From contig OX597818.1 in the NCBI GenBank assembly GCA_951406725.2, positions 82,646,001 to 82,710,000 on the forward strand: a stretch of DNA of 64,000 nt, written 5' to 3'. Positions 55,556 to 64,000 of the stretch are shown here, piece by piece. The notes beneath the pieces were generated by a model. The model had not been told where the DNA came from. It saw nothing but the letters and a program-made list of their open reading frames with translations, and ran no database searches. A program made the translations under genes and the position numbers. The stretch is from Octopus vulgaris (lineage: Eukaryota). Within the stretch, counting starts at the first letter, position 1, and each line of letters opens with the position of its first letter.

Positions 55556-55758
55556 GAGGCTAAAAATAAAATAAAGTAAAATAATAAATAAATGAATGAA
55601 TAAATATGTGTTGAGATTGTAAACATCTCTTGTAGTGTCACACGCTGGTAATGTGGCGTTGACAATAGACATCATTCTAACTCGAACTTGATTCTATCAG
55701 TAGCTATGTGGTTCTTATTCAACCAGTTTCAAACCAGATCAGTACAGTTCGAGTAAAT

Positions 55759-56142
55759 CAATGACTCTAAACCATTTTTTATCTAAGGACCTCTTTTGAT
55801 TAGATTTTATTCTGGTGGATCCGAAAAGCCATTCTGTGTTAAACTAAAAAACAAAAAATAGTTTTATAGATACTACTTTCAAATTTTTTGTTGTTGATCA
55901 CGTATTCATTTGTGTAAGCTGAACTATATAAAACATCAAAGAACGAAACCTTACCGTTTCTTCCAATAAATACATATGAAGCAAAAACTTTCGTGGACCC
56001 ATAAAATACACCAGTGGACCTAATTTACTGCTTTGCCTGTGTGGACTCCTCAAATTCTTATGTGAACCTCAAGGGACCATATAGACTCTGAGGAGATATA
56101 CGGACTCCAATGGACAAAATGGATCTCGTATGAGAAATACTA
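55759..56142. mobile_element. Old hAT (Charlie-like) MITE
   Basis: Degenerate CAGTGGTTCTCAAC-type ends, repeated GTGGAC(C) motifs, 8-bp flanks GAGTAAAT/AAGTAAAT with central TA. Confidence 0.55.
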
Positions 56143-56447
56143 AAGTAAATCAACGTTTTTCTAGCCATAACCATTCATCCCCACCTCCACCAAAAAAATT
56201 TCTCAAATGTACTGATTTTTCTTTTACCTTACCTTTTATTTTCCAAGTCATTGGACTGTGACTGTTGGGGCACCGCTCTGAGGTGCTTAGTCAAAAATAC
56301 CCAACCAGTTACTTATTGTGATGCCTGGTACCTATTCTACCGGTCTGTTCATTGTACCACTAGGTCACAGGGACGTTAACAAACCAGCACCAGTTGCCAA
56401 GCGTTGAATGGAGTGACGAAGACAAGCACAGTCAGCCCATGTAATAC

Positions 56448-56494
<47 letters not shown>

Positions 56495-56795
56495 TGTATA
56501 TACATATGTAGGCATATGTCTACACATATGTGTATGTATATCTGTCTAAACACATTTACCTCCGCATTGGTAATACATGTTTAAATGTATTTGTTTTCCC
56601 AAATATATTGAACTTCTTGATTAAACGTCAGACGATACCGTAAAGTCTTACTCAGACGCTCCACTATGACTCCGCTACACCTTATACCTGAAACAGCTGT
56701 AATGAAGTTCGTAAGATAATCGTTTATTCCTTTATGTTTTCTTAAATATGTGTGTCTGTTTCTCTGTGCGTGTGTGTATTGATAGATAGATAGAT

Positions 56796-56904
<109 letters not shown>

Positions 56905-57632
56905 TGTGTAAATATTAATTAAACCATCCACTAGGGTGAAAGCGTCGTTTCTGATAGCTTTATTTAGGAGTTGAATATGTTCCAATAAGGACTGTGTGAG
57001 GAATTTGTCTACACCTCATCCTCAGAATGGGAAGGAATCAGGCCGGAAACTGTCTGTCTGGAGAAGCTAAAGTTTTTCATCTTCACATCGAAAACATAGA
57101 GTCAATGTGTTTATATTATTACAATTTCATGACCTAGCTAAGGTTTAATAATAATTATATTTATTATAATCTTTCTAGTTTTCAGTGTGTTATGAATTAC
57201 GCACACACTAACATATAGCTTTACACATATTTACATAAATACATACAAGTTATTACCACCGTAGAAAAATGATTTCGAAGTGAGAATTAAAATATATTGT
57301 GCGAGAACGTCGACACAACTAAAACTATGTTTTTTGTTTTTCTCACCCTTAAACAAATATCTATATTTATCGTTAGATTTTGCAGCCCTCGCAGCATTTG
57401 TACTTAGCGAACGCTTCTATAGTCAACAATAATCAAAGCTATATTTACATAGATACATGAAACACATACATACATACATACATATATACATATGTACATA
57501 CATACATACATATATACATACATATATACATACATACATATATAGGTACATTTATACATACATACACACATACATACGTACGTAAATACATACATACATA
57601 TGTACGTACGTACATACACAAAAATAGACATT

Positions 57633-57713
<81 letters not shown>

Positions 57714-57828
57714 CATTGACAGTCACACGATTACCTTAATACATTCTTATATATACCAATGTGGATATGAAGACATATCACATATAAATGTTTATATCTA
57801 TCTGTCTATCTATCAATCTATCTTGCTC

Positions 57829-57862
<34 letters not shown>

Positions 57863-57863
57863 A

Positions 57864-57991
<128 letters not shown>

Positions 57992-58135
57992 GTGTGTGTG
58001 TGTGTGTGTATTGATCTACACACACACATTGGCAGACAAACAAACTACATCACGCTATATATTTTAATATTTTTTCAGTTTTTGCAGTCTTCAGCATTTC
58101 GGTACGGTTGAAATAATAATAATAATAATAATAAC

Positions 58136-58194
<59 letters not shown>

Positions 58195-58237
58195 AGCTAA
58201 ATGTGCCGCCGATTTCATTCTCTCTTTCCCACATTCG

Positions 58238-58318
<81 letters not shown>

Positions 58319-58832
58319 TATATATACACATATACACACATATATATACATACAGATGCTTATACATATATGTACACATATATACATATACATATATATG
58401 TACAATACTTTATTTAGTATGTATGCATATATGTCGGAAATGTGACGGATATTATTCTATATTCCTTAACATCTCATAACAACAGTGTTTAAACGACATC
58501 CACTGAGAGATATACAAGTGACGATACATGATTTTCTATTTACGATAGTCATTTTGCTTTGCTAAGTCGTTCGGTAATGAAAGAAAATGAAAAGGTACTC
58601 CCAGTGCACAGGGGAGGTAATTGTTTTATAACGACATTTTCATTCTTTTCATATTGAGAAGAATATTCATAGATTTTTTTTTTCTCGTTCAGATGAGGAA
58701 AAATAAAAGAAATATTTAGAAGTCAAAGGCATACCAAATACAAAACGACATGTCTTAAAAAGAAAAACTATTCATCTATCTATTTTCTTTCTTTTTTCCT
58801 CTTATCTAGATATGTAGAACATTTGATTCTAA

Positions 58833-59368
<536 letters not shown>

Positions 59369-59663
59369 TGTTAACGGTACTGAAATGTTGAAGATCGCAA
59401 AAATGGTGGGGAAAAAATTAAACTATGAAGCGGAACTTCTTCAAGAGATCTAGTTTATATTTCAGCTCGCTGTTACATAAGTTTCTTGTCTTCATAGATG
59501 TACTTCTTCGTAGCTTTGATTGTAATAAATAAATAAATAAATAAATAAATAAATATATACGCGCGTAGATACATTCATATCCATATACCTACGCATGTAC
59601 ATGCTTATGTATGTGTATACATATGTATGTATATATACATACATACATACATACATGCATACA

Positions 59664-59699
<36 letters not shown>

Positions 59700-60589
59700 T
59701 AAATATATATATATAAAAACACTGACGTGTTCACACCACTTCTCAGACACGTTGTTAAATATACAAACACATGAGTTTGGAAGTTCATATATATGTGTGC
59801 GTGTTCTTGCGAGCGTGTGCGGATGGGTGGCGTGGGAACGTATACATACACAGACACAAATGCACACACATATCTACACATACACACACACACACACACA
59901 TACACACATAGCTAAATACTTGCATAAACATACATACATACTCATAGAGATGTGCCCGTGTATACTCATGCAAAGGCATAAGCACTCACTGACTCACGAT
60001 CATAATGATGATGATAGCAACAACAACAAAAACAAAACAACAACAAACAAACAAACAAATAAAGAAATAGAGAAACAAACAAACAAATGAAGAAACAAAT
60101 AAATAAAACTGAATATTATAACTATTAAGTTGGCAATTGTTCAAAGCGATAGGTCAGGAATATGCTGTTAAGTTCTTTTGTGCTATATTTTTATCTGAAG
60201 CTCGACGCAACATTTCAATAAAATCAAGTTTCTTTGTGGATCTTTTTAACTAAACTTAAATTGTATTTTCTTTTTTTTCTTTTTGTTGTTATTTTTTTCA
60301 AAAATATATATATTATCTTTCCACATGACATACTATAATTGTCGTTGTTCTTGTGAACAACAACAACGACGACGACGACGACGACGGCGACGATCATAAT
60401 GATGATGATAGCAACAACAACAAAAACAACAACAACAACAACCATAACAATGATAATAATAATGATGTAATAATAATAATAACAATAATCCTAATAATAA
60501 TAACAATAACAAAAACAACAACGATAACCATTTCCAATGCGAATAAGTGCAATCTTATATATAACATATATATATATATATATACTCTC

Positions 60590-60958
60590 TTTACTCTTTT
60601 ACTTTTACTTGTTTCAGTCATTTGACTGCGGCCATGCTGGAGCACCGCCTTTTTAGTCGAGCAAATCGACCCCGGGACTTATTCTTTGTAAGCCCAGTAC
60701 TTATTCTATCGGTCTCTTTTGCCGAACCGCTAAGTTAAACACACCAGCATCGGTTGTCAAGCAATGCTAGGGACAAACACACACACACACACATACACAT
60801 ATATACATATATATACATATATAGGTCTTTCAGTTTCCGTCTACCAAATCCACTCACAAGGCATTGGTCGGCCCGGGGCTATAGCAGAAGACATGCCCAA
60901 GATGCCACGCAGTGGACTGAACCCGGAACCATATACCACACAGCCACTCCTACGCCAT

Positions 60959-60960
<2 letters not shown>
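60590..60960 (-). mobile_element. SINE family A copy
   Basis: Reverse complement of family A with small internal deletions. Confidence 0.85.
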
Positions 60961-61031
<71 letters not shown>

Positions 61032-61046
61032 ATGTGTATATTTTTA

Positions 61047-61095
<49 letters not shown>

Positions 61096-61106
61096 GTGTA
61101 GAAGTG

Positions 61107-61150
<44 letters not shown>

Positions 61151-61154
61151 AGAA

Positions 61155-61191
<37 letters not shown>

Positions 61192-61429
61192 CACATAAAT
61201 GTGAAACAAGGTGGGAAAAAGAGTACCCAAATACCAGTGGTAGAGTAATATGCTTTATGTAAAGCAGCAGAAAATTCAACAAAATCTGTTACTCGTTTCT
61301 CGTTGCCGTTCATTAGACAGTTTTTGCTAGAATGGAACCGATATATCAATTCAATCTAGACTCTTACAAACGCTACACCTTTAAAAAAAATGGACTTGTT
61401 TGATTGGTCCTTTAGTGCCTTTAGTGCCG

Positions 61430-61896
61430 AGCCCATTAAGAAATGCAATTTCAAAAACGAAAACTCCTGTCAGTTAGAAGGGAAATGTCTAGTGAAAGGT
61501 GTAGTTTATAGAGCCAAGGTGCAAGTAGAAGGCTCATCGGAATACAAGACATACACAGGGGCTTCAGAAAATTCATTTAAAACACGATTTTATTCACATA
61601 AAAATTCATTTAAATACCCAGAGAATAGGAAGAGGACCAGCCTAGCAAAATATGTCTGGGAACTAAAAGAAAATGAAACCCCACATTTCAACGTGACATG
61701 GAGCATTCTGGATTGAGCGGCACCATACAGGCATGGAGCATACAGAAATAATTTTAAATGCAAACTTTGCCTATTAGAAAAAATGTACATTTTATTCAAA
61801 GACAATAATTCTTTGAATCAAAGAAGTGAGCTAATGAACTTATGTAGGCACGCAACTAAATTTAAAATGTCGAATATAAATATACCATATGGATAG
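61430..61896 (+). pseudogene. PLE C-terminal GIY-YIG endonuclease (Hydra-like) with an in-frame TGA at 61714
   Basis: CNFKNENSCQLEGKC-LVKGVVYRAKV...TYTGASENSFKTRFYSH...TSLAKYVWELK...WSILD*AAPY...CKLCLLEK...LNQRSELMNLCRH. Confidence 0.85.
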
Positions 61897-63010
61897 AGTA
61901 TATATTTTGTATTTTTGATTTTGACTCTTGAACTAGTATGTAAACGTTACGATGGATTTTGTTTCGCGCTATGCAGATTTCATTCCGTATAGCAAAGTCT
62001 TATATTTCTACATATACATTAGGAAAAACCTTCGACTTTGTTTATTTCATGTTATTGTATTGTATAGGATTACCTCGATTTTTAATTTATAGATGATCCA
62101 AAATAGGGTGTTATATTTTATTTTATATGTCTTTCGTATATATTTTTTATTATTGCACTCACTTTTTTTTAAAAAAGCAATGTTGTCAAAAATTTGAATT
62201 TTGATATAAGTATGTGTATAGCCATGGATATGTATTTGTAAGCATGCGTATCTGTGTATGTTTAAGTGAGCGTATGTTTGTGCTTAAGCACACATATACA
62301 CGACTGTATGTGTATGTATCCATTCGAACTTGTGTATTTGTATACTTGTCTCTATATATGTCAATAATGCGGTTACACAGCTTGTGTACACAATTTTTCT
62401 TATTTGGTTTTTTTCCCCACCCCTTCTTTTTCTTTTTTCCTTCCCCTTCTTCGTTCCTTTTTCTCTCTCTTCCTTTCTTTCGTTTTTTTCTCTAACTGAT
62501 ACTGATACAACTTTACGTCCCCCTTACTTAAGCTTTACTCAGTATATGAGAATCGCTACATCGATGATTTTAACTTGCGTGCGAGATAAATTGCGTGCAT
62601 ATATGTACGCATGCATTTATGTGTATATTTTATATTTATATTTATACGTCTGTATACGTATGGCGTTTGCACGCATCCTTCTGTGTATGTTGATATATAT
62701 ATGTACACTTTAATATAAATATGTATTGCAGTGTAATATTTATAATAGGTTTTAATTTCTATGCATTAATTATACTTTCTTCATTAACGTCAATATGTAT
62801 TTTATGCAATGTAAGGTTTTTTCCTCGAATTTTATAATTTTTATAATCTTTTATATATATATACATATATTTTCAAGCTTTTTTTGTTTATCGCTCGAAG
62901 ATTGACCGTTATTTCTAAAGGGCCAATCAAACAAGTCCATTTTTTTTAAAAAGTGTAGCGTTTGTAAGAGTCTAGATTGAATTGATATATCGGTTCCATT
63001 CTAGCAAAAA

Positions 63011-63048
63011 CTGTCTGATGAACGGCAACGAGAAACTTAGAGTAACAG
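63011..63048 (+). ncRNA. Minimal type-I hammerhead ribozyme motif
   Basis: CTGT-CTGATGA-A-CG-GCAA-CG-A-GAAA-CT-TAG-AG-TA-ACAG. Full core, GUA triplet, stem I CTGT/ACAG. The inverted copy at 61286-61320 has CTAATGA. Confidence 0.75.
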
Positions 63049-63080
63049 ATTTTGTTGAATTTTCTGCTGCTTTAAATAAA

Positions 63081-63128
<48 letters not shown>

Positions 63129-64000
63129 ATGTGTTCGCACATGCGTATGTTAATGTGCATGTGTGTGTATGTATTGGCGTCATAAGTACCTTTTATATAT
63201 ATAATAATAATGATAACAATATTAATAATAATTATAATGATAATAATAAATTTTGGGAGAAAGTGAAGTGATTCTGTTTGGAAGACAGGATGTCGAAGTA
63301 CATAAAACTGGTAGTAGTAAAGGTATAAGGAAATCGAAAAAGTCGAAGGGTAACTTCAACATTTGCTATCGAAAAAACTTCATCAATCCAGAAGTTACAT
63401 ACTATTGCTTATGGTTTTGCGTAAGACGGCGAGATGGCATAACAGTTAGCATGTCTGGCTAAATGCTTAGCGGCATTCCGTCAGTGTTTACGTTCTGCTT
63501 TCAAATTCCTCCTGCAATCGACTTTGCATTTTATCATTTCGGGGTAGATAAAACAAATATCACTAGGGTCGATGTAATCGACTCACCCCACCTCCAAAAT
63601 AGCTGTCTGTGTGCCAAAGTTCGAAATCATTATTTATGGTTTTGCATTCTTCAATACCCACATATATATCCGAATATATATAAATTCAAATATACATAAA
63701 TTTTATAAAGCGATGTTTTTTTAACGCAAAAACAACTTTTTTTAAATTTCCGTGTGACTCAACTGTTATCGCCTTCAAATGTAAAAGCTTGTTCTCCTTT
63801 GAAGTCCCTGATTGAGACTTTGGCACTGCTTGTACTTATTTAATCAACTGATGGTTGCTTTAATGACACCGCAATGACAGAGGGCAAAGTCGGCGAAATT
63901 TGAATACAGAATGCATAGACGAACGAACTAATGCTAAGATATTAGTCCATTGTGCATACGGTTTTATAACCTTAATTATAATAATAATAACTAGCAATGC

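Larger units (their letters stand above)
61251..63082 (+). mobile_element. 5'-truncated PLE (probably Hydra clade) with ~165-bp inverted terminal repeats
   Basis: 61251-61415 is the reverse complement of 62915-63082. Encloses a GIY-YIG ORF remnant. Right end abuts (TA)n. Confidence 0.85.

Noticed and set aside
61714-61716. In-frame TGA in the PLE endonuclease as possible selenocysteine (some Naiad PLEs are selenoproteins)
   Set aside because: The position is not a Cys site (ILD*AAPY, likely Arg). CGA-to-TGA decay in a truncated copy is simpler, and I saw no SECIS.

Overview
Eukaryotic, AT-rich, microsatellite-saturated DNA ((TA)n, (CA)n, (TACA)n, (GATA)n, (AAT)n, (GAT)n, (CTA)n) with no host protein-coding gene I can support. 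The repeat landscape resembles an octopus/cephalopod genome (inference). Almost all listed ORFs are microsatellite read-throughs. The real coding signal is transposon-derived. It includes a near-intact 5'-truncated Neptune-type Penelope-like element (PLE; RT + GIY-YIG, ~26.6-30.0 kb), further PLE remnants (Neptune-, Hydra- and Poseidon-like), restriction-like-endonuclease (REL) LINE fragments (R4/Dong-like and others), a CRE-like RT fragment, a decayed hAT transposase, two non-autonomous Helitrons, Merlin-like and hAT MITEs, and three tRNA-derived SINE families. The most interesting signal is RNA structure. Several PLE ends carry minimal type-I hammerhead motifs, some with non-canonical cores. 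A (TA)n-inserted non-coding family (copies at ~16.0 and ~39.1 kb) carries all hammerhead core segments in a non-circularly permuted, pseudoknotted strand order, with compensatory changes in stem I between the copies. All calls are by eye; no searches or folding were run, and element boundaries are approximate.
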